Below are positions 12,521 to 26,859 of a stretch of 64,000 bases of DNA, in pieces; within the stretch, counting starts at the first letter, position 1, and each line of letters opens with the position of its first letter. The position numbers and the translations under genes were made by a program. Origin of the DNA: Octopus vulgaris (lineage: Eukaryota). The notes beneath the pieces are model-generated. The model was given only the letters and a program-made list of their open reading frames with translations, ran no database searches and was not told the origin of the DNA. The stretch is from assembly GCA_951406725.2 (NCBI GenBank), contig OX597825.1:23560001-23624000 (forward strand). Direction: 5' to 3'.

Positions 12521-13054
12521 TACAGTTTCCGCTTCCTTCAAGATGAGAAATTATCCCAACAGTGCCATCAAACTCCAAAGATGACTACAGATTCATTGCG
12601 TTTTTTATTCCTTTTTGGAATGTTTAGAATCTGTTTTTTCTCTTGTTTTCTTTTTTTTTTTCCGTTTAGTTATACTTGATCTGAGACTATTTTTGAAACT
12701 GTATCAGAGACCAAGCCGCAGTTATGCGACGAATATTTCGATAGAAAATTAAAGTAGATAAGCGACTAGTTATCACTTTGAAAACTATATATTTCGAACA
12801 GGAATCTGGCAGCACCACCTCTAGCTGAACAATTATTCTGTGCTGATGAAAGGAAATAACCCTGAAATCAGGATACACAGATATTGCTTTCAGTTGAGTG
12901 GAGGTGTTAAATGCCCTTCTTCGAAAATATAAGGACACAGATCGTGTTGTATAGCCAGCTGGAGACGATGTCTCCTGGGGCTAAATTACAGCAACATTCA
13001 TGTTATTTTAGCAAACACTCTTTACTCTAGAATATTTCGACATCTTAACTGCTA

Positions 13055-13780
13055 TATCTTTATTGGTTTCAGTCATTGAATGCGGCAATGTTGGGATTTA
13101 GAATGTGACCGTGAAGGGTTTAGCCGAACAAATCAACTCCTGGGCTTAATTTTTAAGATTGGTACTTACTCTATCCGTGTTGTTTGTCTGAATGGCTAAA
13201 TGACGGAGAGTCAAACAAAACAACACCAATTGTCAGGCGGCTGAAGAAAGATGCGCGCGCACAAACAGAGAGAGAGAGAGGGGGGAGACTCCCACGCAGT
13301 TTTCGTCTATCAAATTTTCTCACATCCGCAAGTGCGAGCCCCGTGCGTGAGAGTGGCTGTTCCGTTGTATCTCCCTAACCATCCTCCAGGACAATGCCTT
13401 TTCCATTTTGTCTGCCGGGGCCACGAGGCAGTCTGACTTAGAGGAAACCGAGAAAAATGTAAGAATTCCGTAGCTTACTACCCGTAGTCGGTCAGTATAT
13501 CAACAAAAGACAAATTGTCATCATTATTTAGTAACAATTGTTGATTCCGCCCCGATTCGTTGTGGTTTGCCAAAAGCCGACATATTTAGACTTCGCTGAT
13601 AATCGAATTTGCCGAGAAAGAAATATTTACAACGGGGATTTTTAAAATTTTTGTACCAGACATTGGTTGGCCCAGGGCTGTAGTAGAAGATACTTGCTCA
13701 AAGGTGATCGTGCAGCGGGACTGAACTCGAAACATTGAGGTTGCAAAGCGAGCTTCTTAACCACACAGCCACGCCTGTCC
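13055..13780 (-). mobile_element. Diverged SINE family A interrupted by about 335 bp of unrelated sequence (13325-13660)
   Basis: Tail 13055-13324 and head 13660-13778 are colinear with the consensus. Confidence 0.65.
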
Positions 13781-14994
13781 TATTTTCTGTTCTTCTTTTC
13801 AAACCACTGTAAAGTAGTGGCCATGAAAGAAACAGACGGAAGCAGCAACGCAAGAATTATGCACCCAAGTGGATTTCTATGCATCTAAAAAAATTCCGTA
13901 ACAATGATTAAGTACCACATTCAAAAATAAGTTCTGAAGTGAATTTGTTCCACTAAAGCCTTCAAGGAGGAGCTCCAGTATGACCATAGTCCAATGACTG
14001 AAACAAGTAAAAGAATAAAAGGTTCACTAGAGTTTTTCTTTTCATCATTTTCGATAGTTAACCTCCAGGATTTATTGCCAGAAAGAGCAGCTAAAATGAT
14101 TATAATTCTTACGGAGAAATGGAGTTTTTGTTGTTGCTAAAAATAGTTTAAGGTGTTGTTACTGTAATCTTCGTAGATTCATCAACAAGCTTTAATTTTG
14201 CTAAAGCTTCTGCTCATAAATCCACATGTTACGTTAAAATGTTCTAAAGATTCAAGGACAAAGCCGTAAGATAATATAAAATTCTGTTGTATTAATACTA
14301 ATAATAAACAAACGGGAGTGTCATAAAACTTTTACACATCTGTAGATAGACTTTGCGCCACCTGTCTGTGCTTCTGCACGGCTATTCGAAATCGTTTCTG
14401 TTGTATAGTGAAGCTGTACACCCCTCCCGTTAAAAAGTGGTAGTAACCAGCCATTATAAATAGACCAGTAACAGGTCGACAGAAGGAAGGTTAGAAGATC
14501 GAGAGTATGTGTAGACTGTGTTGATAGTCGTGTCTGTGCTGATATAGTGATCATAGTGTGATACTAAATGGATGTTATATCGATCCGATTTTTGAGGATA
14601 ATAATACTGTACGCCCGGGGGTCGTACAGTGCCAGAGAGAACCATTCTATCGACGGCTTCGGAATATAACAATAACTGTCAGAGCGACAACCGTCGTCAA
14701 AAGACACATACAACAGTGGTAAAAGACCGCTTTACAACAGTTTCGGAGGTCAGGCGAGTATATGACACTGTTGAGCAGAAGATACTGCAAAATATCGATA
14801 TATAGAATTTTCGTTCGTTTCTGGGGTTGGTGTCGTTTCGCCTATCATTGGAGTATACAGTGTTCTTAAGCGCTATATGTCTTTAAAGGAGGGTCCCTTA
14901 GACGAAATACCGCAGCTACAAGAGTTTAACAACACGCGTACATTAAATAGGTGTCATTGTTAATGTCTACATTATTGATCTACTAACAAAAAGT

Positions 14995-15066
<72 letters not shown>

Positions 15067-15598
15067 GGATACACAACACACGTACGCACACTCATACAAA
15101 TAAGTATGTGTACGTATGTGTGTATGTTTTTGTGTATTTTACGTGAGTAACAGGAAATTTTTCAGTGAATAGAAAATGTGTGAGATAAATTTCTTTAAAG
15201 CTATCTTGACATGTCTTTCTCTACACATTTCAATTACATTTATTTATCGATCTTTACTGAGTCACAATTATGAGATTCCATTGAAAAGAACGTTAGTCTT
15301 AGTCTTCAGACATAATATTCTGTTCTACAATTTTAATGGCGGTAATGAACCTGGAAGGAAGTGCCACAACTGGGCCTGAATGTCGTGAGTCCTTGTGAAT
15401 ATGGTTGGGTGGAGTTGTTTCCTGTGGTTAGCGGGAGTTGTGTCTGTATTAAGCAGTAGGGAAAGAGGGAAACTAATTGACTACCAAATAACGAAATAGC
15501 ACATCGATATCTTTGCTGTTATATTCCTGTAGAAATGCTGAAGAAAATAAAAACGCTTGCTTGGCTTGCTTGATTCCTGGTTACTGTGTTTCTAAGCA

Positions 15599-15676
<78 letters not shown>

Positions 15677-15971
15677 AATATATGTGTCTGTGTTTGTATG
15701 TGCGTGTGTGTGTGTGTGTGTGTATATATATGTATTTTGATATAATTTTCAATTTTTTTTACTCGACATAACCGGTCAATAACCAAGCTTTTCATAGATG
15801 TTTAAACAGTATTAAGAAAACGGCCATATCTATTAATCAATCAATCAATCAATCAATCAATCAGTCTATGTATGTATGTATGTATCTATCTATCTATCTG
15901 TGTGTGTCTCTCCCTCTCTTCCCCTCTCTCTCTTTATCTTTATCTGCTTGTCTTTCTACCTATCCCTCTCC

Positions 15972-16009
<38 letters not shown>

Positions 16010-16078
16010 CTATCTAGTTATCTGTCTCTCCCATTATGTCCATCAATCCATCCGTCCGTCCGTCCGTCCGTCCGTCCA

Positions 16079-16165
<87 letters not shown>

Positions 16166-16394
16166 CTGTGTATCTCTCTATATCTATCTATCTATCTATC
16201 TACACATGTATCTGTGTGTGCGTGTGCGTACGTGTGTGTGTGTGTGTGCATGAGTGTATAGATAAGTAAAAAAGATACAGAATCATACTCTCATTATATG
16301 TGTGTGTGAGTGTGTGCATGTGTGTGTGTGTATGTGTGCGTGTGTGGTGTGTGTGTGTGTCTTTGTGTGCATGTGTGTGTATGTGTGCGTGTGT

Positions 16395-16945
16395 GTATCT
16401 TTGTGTTGTCTGTATTTGTCCCCTACCACCATTTGACAACCGGTGTTGGTATGTTTACGTCCCCGTTACTTAGCGGTTTCGGCAAAAACGACCATAGAAT
16501 AAGTATCAAGCTTACCAAAAATATATATATATCTTTATATATAAAAGTGAGGTTGTGTGGTGTCTGTCTCCTACGATTTAGATTTCTAACTACTCCATTT
16601 TGCGGTGCAGTTTAACCAAAACCGGGTATCTTATAGTCGTGATTCATATCGAGCCCTTCTGGGTATTAGCACGCGTCTACGATGAGTCTACGATTTAAAA
16701 AAAAATTACCATAATTTTTTCCCATTTTTAATGCATTTTTTTGCTATTATATAAGGGAAGTAACTCTCTAAAAATGCTTATATAGTTATTTCCCTTACAA
16801 ACCCGAGCAACGCCGGGCGATACTGCTAGTATATATATAAATTAAATTAAGTACTGGGGTAAATTCGTTCGACTAAAAAAGTTCTTCAAGGTGGTGCCCC
16901 AGTATGGCCGCAGTCTAATGACTGAAACAAGCAAAAGATAAAGAA
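16395..16945 (+). mobile_element. SINE family A 3' half, interrupted by a Helitron
   Basis: Body up to 16520; tail resumes about 16845. Confidence 0.8.
16532..16829 (+). mobile_element. Helitron H1, copy 2 (shortest)
   Basis: A|TCTTTATATATAAAAG...CCCGAGCAACGCCGGG..CTAG|T inside (TA)n. Confidence 0.9.
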
Positions 16946-17949
16946 ACCATCACTCAGCACACCACAGTCAGTGCCAGGACCCCCTAGATTCAAACGCAAC
17001 AATCAGCCAGAAAAGTCGGAAGTTCTGAATCAAAGTTGAACCCCCGCTAGATTTTCTGACCCTTGCTTTCTTCAACCTCTTAAAAAGAAAATAATTTAAG
17101 TAGTTGAAGCTGTAAGACACACTCGTTAATTACGCTGTGTTTCTGCTGTTTGCAATAGTGAAATATACGAGTTAATGTAATTCGTAACTGTGTATAGCTT
17201 GATGGACTGAGCTGGCCAATCGATGGAATTTTTATTGTCTCGGTGGTGGATACGGTGGATACTTGACAGTGGAGAAGTGCCAAGTACCACCAGTAATGGA
17301 AGATACACAACATTGATTTATCAGTGTCGTTACTCGGATACTATTTACATACGTACAAATAAACATAACCACAATTACCCACAGACACACATACACACAC
17401 CTCACACACACACATCTACACATTGCATGTATATATATATATATATATATATCTCTTAATATATAAAAAAGAGTGTGTGTGTGTGTGTTGGTGCGTATTT
17501 TCCTTATGAATTCGAAAACTGAGTTGCCGATTCAAGGTATGAAAACATTCAGTAATCTTTCGGTTTCCAAATAAAGTATGTTATTTGTATAACTTTTTTT
17601 ACCGCAAAAATAACCTCGAAAACAAGGTCGGTTCGCTCACCATTGTAAGTCTTCAGCTAAGGGAGGTAACTCTTCTTCATAGACATTTAGTAGATAATCT
17701 TTTAATGTGAAGTATGTTTGTTTTTGTTTAGCCCAAAGTTGCATCTGATGTAGCAGACCCGTTGCATAGTTTTTTTCTCTTTTTCCTGAAATACTGTTAA
17801 TTCGTGTCTTTCTTTTGATGAAAAAGTTTGTTTTAAGAGACATTTGGCTGCATTTGTAGTAGCTCAAGTTATCTCATACACACAGGAGTGTGTATGAGAT
17901 ACCGCGATAATGTGTGTGTGTATACCGCGATAATCGAGGTATTACTTAT

Positions 17950-18564
17950 TATGTGTTTGTGTATACGTACGTGTGTTAGGTTGGTCGTGTCTGTGTATGT
18001 GCATGTGAGTGTGCATGTGTGAGCGCTACTGTATATGTATGTTCGAGTGTGTATGTGTGTGCGAGTGTGTATGTATGTGCGAGTGTATGTATGTGTGTGC
18101 ATGTGTGTGAGTGTGTATGTGTGTGTCTATGTGTGCATGTTTGTGTGTGCGGGTATGTATGTATGTTCGAGTGTGTATATGTGCGTGAGTATATGCGTGT
18201 ATATATGTATGTGTGAGTGCCAACGCGTGTGTAAGTGGATATGTGAGTAAAAGTGGACGTATGTATGTTCGAGTGAGCATGTGTGTGTGTTAGAATGTAT
18301 ATGTATGTGTGAGTGCGTAAGTGTGTGTAAGTGTAAAGATGTATGGGTGTGATTTGTGTATGTGTGTGTGTATGTATGTATGAGATGAGCAAGTACGTGT
18401 GTGTGTGTATGTATGTATATGTGTTTGAGATGAGTGTGTAAGTGCGTACGTGTGTCAAAGTGTAAAGATGTATGGGTGTGATTTGTGTATGTGTGTGTGT
18501 ATGTGTGTATGAGATGAACAAGTACGTGTGTGCGTATGTATATGTGTTTGAGATGAGTGTGTAC

Positions 18565-18613
<49 letters not shown>

Positions 18614-18615
18614 CA
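17950..18615. repeat. GT-rich low-complexity tract with an internal tandem duplication of about 129 bp (18328-18568)
   Basis: AAGTGTAAAGATGTATGGGTGTGATTTG.. occurs twice. Confidence 0.8.
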
Positions 18616-19459
18616 TGAGGTGTGAGTGGGAAATCCGAAAGAAATACGAAAGCAAAATAAAAAAAAGACGAAAAACGAAAAATCGACGTATATCAGGTGA
18701 TTAATCCCTTTCAAATGATTGGCCAACACCAAGCAAAGGTGAAAGCGATGTACGAAGAATATGTGGGAGCTGAACACATTTTATCAAGATGTCTGCTGAC
18801 CATAGTCCCATTTCTCTGGTGCAAAAGAGAGATTTACGGTGTCGCAAAAAAAAAAAAGAAAAAGAAAAGAAAACTACTACTCCACAAAAATCAATCGATC
18901 GATCGATAGATCGATCGCTGAATGAATTGTCGTTAAGATATTCTGATTTATATGAGCCTCCAATGATTATCCACATAAATGGATGCTAAACATTGGCGAA
19001 AACATATCGTTGAATGCATTATGAAGATTAACGTGAGATGGAAAGACTTTGCGATTTTAAGTTTGTGTCGTTTGTCCCCTGTTGTTGATGCTGTTGTAGT
19101 TGTTGTTGTTGCGGTGGTGGAGCTATTCTTAGTTGCTGCTGCTGTTGTTGTTGTTGTTGTTGTTGTCGTTGTTGTTGTAATAGGTGGGTGTTCTTAACCG
19201 TTTTCTGATCCTGCGTTCGTTAGTAGCAAACATCATTTAGCGACAGCAACAAAAGTAACAACGATAGGAAAAGAAATGATGACGACAATAAAACAAAACT
19301 AAAGAAACAATAACGACAAAAATAAAACAGTAACATCAAGAATATCAACAACAATAACAACAAAACAATAACAACAAAAAACACGGAAAGCAACAACAAA
19401 GACAGAAAATACAATAAAACCAACAAAAACAAGAAACAACAAAAACAGCAACTACCACA

Positions 19460-19742
19460 ATGATCACCACCACCATCACCACACATCGCCTCAACACCAT
19501 CACGCATCCCCCCACCACCACGCCCCCCCCCCACTATCACTCATTCCCACCACCACTACCATCACGCATCCCCCCACGAATCCCCCACCATGCATCCTCA
19601 CCACCACCACCACGCATCCCCCCACAAAGTATCCCCATCACCAACCAGCACCAGCACCAGCACCAGCACCAGCACCACCACCAGCACCAGCACCACGAGC
19701 ACCACCACCAGCACCACCACCACCACCAACAGCAACAACAAC
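19460..19742. repeat. CAC/CAG/CACCAG low-complexity repeat
   Basis: Direct reading; gives His/Pro/Gln-rich pseudo-ORFs. Confidence 0.85.
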
Positions 19743-20146
19743 ATTGCTATTCTAGTTGTTTTAAGTATTCTTTGTCATTACTGTTCTTGTAGTTGTTACT
19801 TAACTCTATTTTGGTACTAAAACTGTTGTGATTCACCACACGTTGTTGTTCTTATTGTTGTTAGGTATTCTTTATTACTGTTGCTGTCATTTACGATCCC
19901 ATTGCCACAGTCAACGCGGTCAAAAACTCGTTTGATTCGAAATATGAATGTAATATCGCATGTTCTGAGTTCAAATTATATCCAGGTCGACTTTGACTTG
20001 CTTACTGTCGTGATCGATAAAATAAATACCAGTCAAGTACTGAGATCGATGTAATCGACTAGACCCCACCCACTAAATTTCAGGCCTTGTGCCCATGGGA
20101 AAAGCTATTATTATTATTGTTATTATTATTATTATTATTATCCTTA

Positions 20147-20230
<84 letters not shown>

Positions 20231-20235
<5 letters not shown>

Positions 20236-20915
20236 TAGTTTTATTTTTATAGCGTGCTTTCACTTCACTACCGAGCGCAGCTCTGTGTGCCTTGGGTATG
20301 TGCTGTGATTTGTTGTGATGCTCTGATGGTTATTGTATGGAAAGTGTTCTGCGTAGGATGTGTGCAGTGCCTTGTAGTGCAATTTTCTGTATGTTATATG
20401 TGTTTGTAAGTCCTGGTGTTTTGTTATGTATTTGTCTGAATATTTTTTTATCATGCCTAATGCACCTACTATGATAGGAATTGTTTCTGTTTTCAGATTC
20501 CACATTCTAGATACCTCTATTTCCAGGTCTTTGTATTTTGAGAGTTTCTCCATTTCTTTTAGAGACACGTTGTCATCTGCCGGTATTGATACATCAATTA
20601 GAAAGCATTTTTTTTCTTCATGATCTCTGACAACTATATCTGGTCTGTTGGCCTTAATTTCTCTATCTGTGTGTATCGGCATATCCCAGAGTATGGTTGC
20701 TTTCTCGTTTTCTGTGACCTTTTCTGGTGTGTGCCTATACCATCTTTTTTCTGTTGTTATTCCATAATGTTGGCATAGCTTCCAATGTATGTAGGTTCCA
20801 ACTCTGTCATGTCTGTGAATATATTCCTTCTTAGCCAGGACTGGGCAGCTAGAGATAATATGATTTATTGTTTCTTGTCCATCTCCACATATTCTGCAGT
20901 TACTTGTAATATTTC

Positions 20916-20920
<5 letters not shown>
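20231..20920 (-). mobile_element. R4/Dong-clade non-LTR retrotransposon, 5'-truncated 3' end in (TAA)n
   Basis: CCHC (CRICG..ETINHIISSC), RHD, and restriction-like endonuclease RPDIVV..LIDVSIP..KLSKY; (TAA)n on both flanks, the known Dong target. Confidence 0.92.
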
Positions 20921-21006
<86 letters not shown>

Positions 21007-21061
21007 CATTATTATTAGGTTGAGGTAAAAGTTCGTGCGCTGTGTTAAAATAATGCTTTTT

Positions 21062-21449
21062 TACTCTTTTACTTTTTTGCTTGTTTCAGTCATGTGACTG
21101 TGGCAATGCTTGAGCACCGCCTTTATTCGAGGACTTATTCTTTGTAAGTCTAGTACTTATTCTATCGGTCTCTTATGCCGAACCGCTAAATTATGAGACC
21201 ACGTAAACACACCAGCATCGGTAGTCAGGCGATGCTGGGGGAACAAACACAGACACACAAGCACACACCTATACATACATATATACGACGGGCTTCTTTC
21301 AGTTTCCGTCTACCAAATCCACTCACAAGGATTTGGTCGGCCCGAGGCTATGGTAGAAGACACTTGCCCAAGGTGCCACGCAATGGGACTGAACCCGGAA
21401 CCATGTGGTTCGCAAGAAAGCTACTTACCACCAGCCACTCCTACGCCTA
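21062..21449 (-). mobile_element. SINE family A nested in the mariner
   Basis: Near full-length match to the family consensus. Confidence 0.88.
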
Positions 21450-21541
21450 TTTTGCAGTATGTGTGTTCATTCAGTTCATGTCATGTTCAATGGTGACTCA
21501 ATGTTGAAAAGTACCCAAGACTCGTTTGTCGAAAACGCGCT

Positions 21542-21826
21542 TTGTTTCAACAAGACAATGCAAAGCCGCATACCGCAAGAAAGATCACCAACAAGATTGA
21601 AGAAGTTCTGCCGCATCCAGCCTATAATTCAGACGTTGCTCCATCTGACTACGGTCTCTTCCGAAAAATGCAGCACTTTATGAAAGGTCACCGATTTGAG
21701 TCATTCGATAAAGTTGAAGAATCCTGTCAAGAATTTTTCGATTCAAAGCCGAAGGATTGCTACTTTGACCAAATTCGAAAGCTTGCAGAAGGTCGTGGAA
21801 AATGATGGTCTTTATTTTGAAGAATA
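21542..21826 (+). pseudogene. Mariner (D,D34D-type) transposase C-terminal fragment
   Basis: QDNAKPH...LPHPAYNSDVAPSDYGLF (HPPYSPDLAPSD motif). Confidence 0.88.
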
Positions 21827-23138
21827 GTTATTGTTGATTTTGAATAAATTCTTGCATAAAAAGTCATTACTTTAACACAGCGCACGGACTTTTTCCTAAA
21901 CCTAGTATTTTCATTATCATCTTCTTTCATCCTTTCGGGGTCAATAAAATAAGCACCAAAAGGAGTGATACATTCAGTATATTTGAATGCCTACCCCATT
22001 GTCAGGAGCAGAGGAAAGGTTTGCAAGATGGCTGCCCCAGAAATTGCGGGAAGTAGTGTTAGCTTCAGTGTTGGGAGTATTAACTTAACAGACACAACTT
22101 TAAATTATAAGCGAAATCTAAAGAAAGGTTTGAACATAGACACTTACACATGGAGAATAGAAGACATCAATGGAATAGTGTTAGAAACAATAATTCAAGT
22201 GAAAGAAAAAATAGGTAAAAGGTAAAAGCAATTTCCAAAACACCTGCGATAGTACATTATTTCCTGAGACTTTCGAGCAAAATGAGTAACCCGACAAGAA
22301 ACATTTGACACGAAAAAAGGAAGGTGCGAAAGACGTGCGTAACAAAGGATAGTATCTCCTTGCTCGACTAAACTATATAAGAAAGATCGGGGAAAAAGTG
22401 GAGTACCCCTTGGTTTACAAGAAACACACACACACGTACGCACAAACATACACACACACATACTCACACATAATTTTCTTTGCAGCATAAAAACAATAAA
22501 AATAATCATAGAAATACGCTTGATAATAAATGCAATGAGTCGTAATGATGGCAGAGTAAGATAAAAAAAAAAATCTCAAGTAGAGAGTGTAGTAAAAGTA
22601 CATTCTCATAAAATGTCTAGTTTCAGTTTAAAGAAGATTTGCCATTACTGGCAAAAGTTCGTGGAGGAACATTAAAGTCAAAGTATTGTACAGTAATTCA
22701 ATTGAAAGAAAATCCTCTAATAGAATGCAGCTTAATGTATAATCAAGACAATTTGTAATGACACAAAAAAGTTTCCAGCGTATTTTCTATTGGCAACATA
22801 CATACACGCCCGGACACACATACACATACACGCACATGCAAGTACGCAGATGGACATACGCAAGCACACGCAACGCAAGTACGCACGCACACACATACAC
22901 ACAGACGCAAGTACGCAGATGGACATATGCAAGCACACGCAACACACACAACACGCACACACACACATGCGCACGCATGCACACACAGACACACACACAC
23001 AGACACACACACAGACACAAACACACACACATACACACACACAGGCGTACATTAAAGCCTGGAGGAAATTGAATTATCTTAAAAGACATTTATCACAGAA
23101 GCGAAATATTCCCGTTGCCGAAATTCTTCGACAAGATG

Positions 23139-23236
<98 letters not shown>

Positions 23237-23359
23237 AGATAGATAGATAGACAGATAGATAGATACATACATACATACATTTAGACATACATATATACAT
23301 ACATACACACATACATACTTATATAACCATATATCCAAATATATATAGAGACACATATC

Positions 23360-23412
<53 letters not shown>

Positions 23413-23519
23413 CTATTTGTTTTATGTCAAGTTATATATAAAATATAAGTCGTCATTAAACTGATTACCGAATACTTTTTAGTTGATTATATATTTATTT
23501 AGCTTTTACAAGAATGGCA

Positions 23520-24930
23520 GTGACAGTGATTTCGAAGTTTAGGACTGCCATGTTTCGTTTGACTGGCAGGCTGAGACATTGAAGGCACTCTCAGTCCACT
23601 TCTTTTAGATTAGCTGGAATTACATGCAGAGGAGGGTAGGGCCTCGATTCTTCCCATTGCCAATAATGGAAGAAAGCGGACATTAAGGAGATGAGGGCCT
23701 TGATCCAGACTGAAGTATGGAACCAAGAAGGCAGCGAGCTGGCAGAATCATTAGCATGCCGGGCGAAACGCTTAGCGGTATCTCGTCTGCCGTTACGTTC
23801 TGAGTTCAAATTCCGCCGAGGTCGACTTTGCCTTTCATCCTTTCGGGGTTGATAAATTAAGTACCAGTTATGCACTGTGGTCGATGTAATCGACTTAATC
23901 TCTTTGTCTGTCCTTGTTTGTCCCCTCTGTGTTTAGCCCCTTGTGGGCAATAAGGAAATAAGTATGGAACCAGGAGGAAGACAGAAGTCGGTCAAGAACT
24001 ATGGGGCTGGTATTTCAGTAAGCCTTGGACTAAATGGGACCTCCATAAGATGAAGGTCACATAGACGGATCCGTGGAGACTGGAACCTTTCCGTATCTAC
24101 TTCCTGTTGCGAGCTGTGTATGATACACTCGCAACGTCAAAAAACATGCACCGATGAAGTTTGAAGAACGACCAGCAATGTGAACCTTGTGGAGAAAGTG
24201 GCGCCATGGACAAACTGCTTACAATGGTCACTCACACCCTGGAGTAGGAAAGGCTCAAGAAACGCCATCGTCAAGATAAAACAAGAACAGCAATCAAGTT
24301 CTTGGAAAGAGAAGAATCCAGCGAGGATAGCAAGAAGGACAAATAGTGTATTACACGGAGTCCAAGCATAGAATATGAAACTGGACGTGGGAGATTGTAG
24401 TTTCCCCTGGTTATCCGTACAACTCTGAGGACTGATGTAGTTTTGTGATCTGAAATGGCGAGCGAAATAATCTTGATCGGGCTTACAGTCCCAGGGGAAA
24501 AGGGTGCGATTAGGGCTTCGAATAGAAACGTATTAGGTAAGAGAGTCTTCTGGCAGAATTGCAAGGAAAGGGGATGGCAGTCATGTCTTTTCTCAATCAA
24601 GGCTGTCTGTTGGGGATTCCCTGCCCGTTTGGTCAGAAGGATGCTCACACCCTATGGGATGAGAAGAAAAGGGCGAAGGGTGGTTGTACGCAGAATGGAG
24701 GAGGCGGCGAAAATGAGCCCCTTGCTGATTATGGAGCAAGAGAGAGGAGCTAAGATGGAAACCAGGAGAAGTTGATGAGCAGGGATTTGGCCACCTCAGC
24801 CGACCCACCAATGAGAGGCTGTTACGGTCCAGGGTCGAAACATCCGAAGATTGTCTAGATTTTGTCTGATGACATCAGTTCCTCTTGGCCAAAGCCCCAT
24901 TCCTTTTGGTGAGTCGAAAAGAAGTATCTC
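23520..24930 (+). mobile_element. HERO-like (R2-group, RLE) non-LTR retrotransposon 3' part, decayed
   Basis: EPFRIYFLLRAVYDTL, CEPCG, LRTDVVL..IILIGLTVPGE, CKERGW..VCWGF, MEEAAK motifs with stops and frameshifts; 5' boundary approximate. Confidence 0.75.
23726..23959 (+). mobile_element. SINE family B monomer nested in the HERO-like element
   Basis: 13-bp TSD AAGTATGGAACCA (23713-23725, 23960-23972). Confidence 0.93.
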
Positions 24931-24949
24931 CTTCTAAGTGTTATCAATA

Positions 24950-24989
<40 letters not shown>

Positions 24990-24997
24990 ACACACAC

Positions 24998-25630
24998 TAC
25001 CCGCATAGCACAGTATGAAAAGCGCGTTAGATTCTTTAAGGACAACATGTTAAAAAATAACCCCAAAACTTTTTACAGGAAGATAGGGAAAATACCAGTT
25101 ACAGTAAAGTCTTTTCCATCAAAAGGAGAGAAGCAGGAATTTTGGAATAAAATTTGACAGAAGAAAAAACAGAATAAAAAGGCCCCTTGGATCGATAGAA
25201 TATCTACTGGCTAAGACTCTTTAGAAGAACAAAAGTGGGAGAGTATCCAGGAAGAAGATGCAAGATCCCAGGAAGTCAAGCTAATGGAAGTCTCCAGGAA
25301 GGGATAACATTCCTAACTTCTGATTGAATGCCTTATCAGAGTGTCATGAAATGCAAACAAAACTTTACAACAATGTTTCGCAGCAACCTAGCATGACTCC
25401 CTCCTGACTACTTAATAGTGATACATTCCTACTTCCAAAATAGGAAGACACAAATGAGCCAAAATATTATAAACCCATCACCTGCTTAACAACAATGTAT
25501 AAAATACTATCATGTCTTGACTGAATATACCTATAGTTTTTTTAATAAATTAGGAAAAAGAATGCAAACGTCAGCTGCTCATCAATATGATGTTCTTGGG
25601 AGTTTGTCACATACGACGCAGAAACTTGTA
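24998..25630 (+). pseudogene. R4/Dong-type reverse transcriptase N-terminal region, decayed
   Basis: PKTFYRKI, EFWNKI, WKSPGRDNIPNF, FLLPK..YKPITCLTTMYKIL, QLLIN with stops. Confidence 0.8.
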
Positions 25631-25638
25631 TATATATA

Positions 25639-26376
25639 CTAGCAGTATCGCCCGGCGTTGCTCGGGTTTGTAAGGGAAATAACTATATAAGCATTTTTAG
25701 AGAGTTATAGCCAAAAAATAGCCAACAAATGCATTAAAAATGGAAAAAAAATGATGGTAAATTTTTTTTTAAATCGTTGACTCATCGTAGACATTTTTAG
25801 AGAGTTACTTCCCTGATATAATAGCAAAAAAAAATGCATTAAAATGGAAAAAAATGATGGTAAATTTTTTTTTAAATCGTTGACTCATCGTAGACATTTT
25901 TAGAGAGTTACTTCCTTTATTTTAATAGCGAAAAAAATACATTAAATTGATAAAAAAATGATGGTAATTTTTTTTTTAAATCGTTGACTCATCGTAGACA
26001 TTTTTAGAGAGTTACTTCCTTTATTTTAATAGCGAAAAAATACATTAAATTGATAAAAAATGATGGTAAATTTTTTTTAAATCGTTGACTCATCGTAGAC
26101 ATTTTTAGAGAGTTACTTCCTTTATTTTAATAGCGAAAAAAATACATTAAATTGATAAAAAAATGATGGTAAATTTTTTTTTAAATCGTTGACTCATTGT
26201 AGACGCGCGCTAATATCCAGAAGGGCTCGATATGAATCACGACTATAAGATACCCGGTTTTGGTGAATAAATCGTGCAGGGCTCGATATGAATCACAAAT
26301 GCACGCAAAATGTGGGAGTAGTTAGGAATCTAAATCGCAGGAGACAGACACACAACTTGACTTTTATATATAAAGA
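25639..26376 (-). mobile_element. Helitron H1, copy 3, with five tandem internal units of about 100 bp
   Basis: Same termini as the other copies; units start near 25692, 25792, 25895, 25999 and 26100. Confidence 0.9.
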
Positions 26377-26591
26377 TATATGAATCTACACTGGAAGAAA
26401 CTCATAAAGTGTCAATCACATAATCAAAAGGTATCATGTCAATAAATCAATTTATAACCTATTTAAATCTACATAACATGATGAAAAGAAATGCAAGCTT
26501 TTTTTATAAAAATATGTATAAAAGCAAATCAGAAAGAGTCAGGAATGTGAAAAGTTCATAATAGTTCAATTATAGATAAGTATACACCATG

Positions 26592-26628
<37 letters not shown>

Positions 26629-26859
26629 CTGTGTGTGTGTGTGTGTACATTTGTCGTCCCCCTATGCTGCTGTATATGTAATGTTGCATTGGGGTTTGGC
26701 AAAGGAACATACGGGATAGAGAACAAAATACAATGTTCGTGACAGACATACTCACCCCTCATCAGTTATTGACCACAAATCATCACAATTTCGAAGACTT
26801 ATTGATAATATAGTTCTATTTTTTGTGGTGGGTTGATAGCGAGCAGGAGTGGGGATGGC

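Larger units (their letters stand above)
21015..21905 (+). mobile_element. Internally deleted mariner element
   Basis: About 40-bp imperfect TIRs (TTAGGTTGAGGTAAAAGTTCGTGCGCTGTGTTAAA) flanked by TA; transposase C-terminus inside. Confidence 0.88.

Noticed and set aside
14320-14900. Unique segment with hairpin ACTGTACG..CGTACAGT (14606-14630) and faint Tc1-like words
   Set aside because: No convincing reading frame, TIR pair or second copy
17126-17308. IDWPAQS on the minus strand resembles the Tc1 WPxxSPDLN motif
   Set aside because: Single short motif with no flanking support
19460-19792. His/Pro/Gln-rich ORF resembling a transcription-factor low-complexity region
   Set aside because: Embedded in a wider trinucleotide low-complexity tract; no domain or clear splice sites
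20767-20780. ATGTTGGCATAGCT resembles the 3' part of miR-31; TAGCACCATTTG near 35593 resembles miR-29
   Set aside because: Partial matches only; the first lies inside a LINE ORF and I saw no precursor hairpin for either
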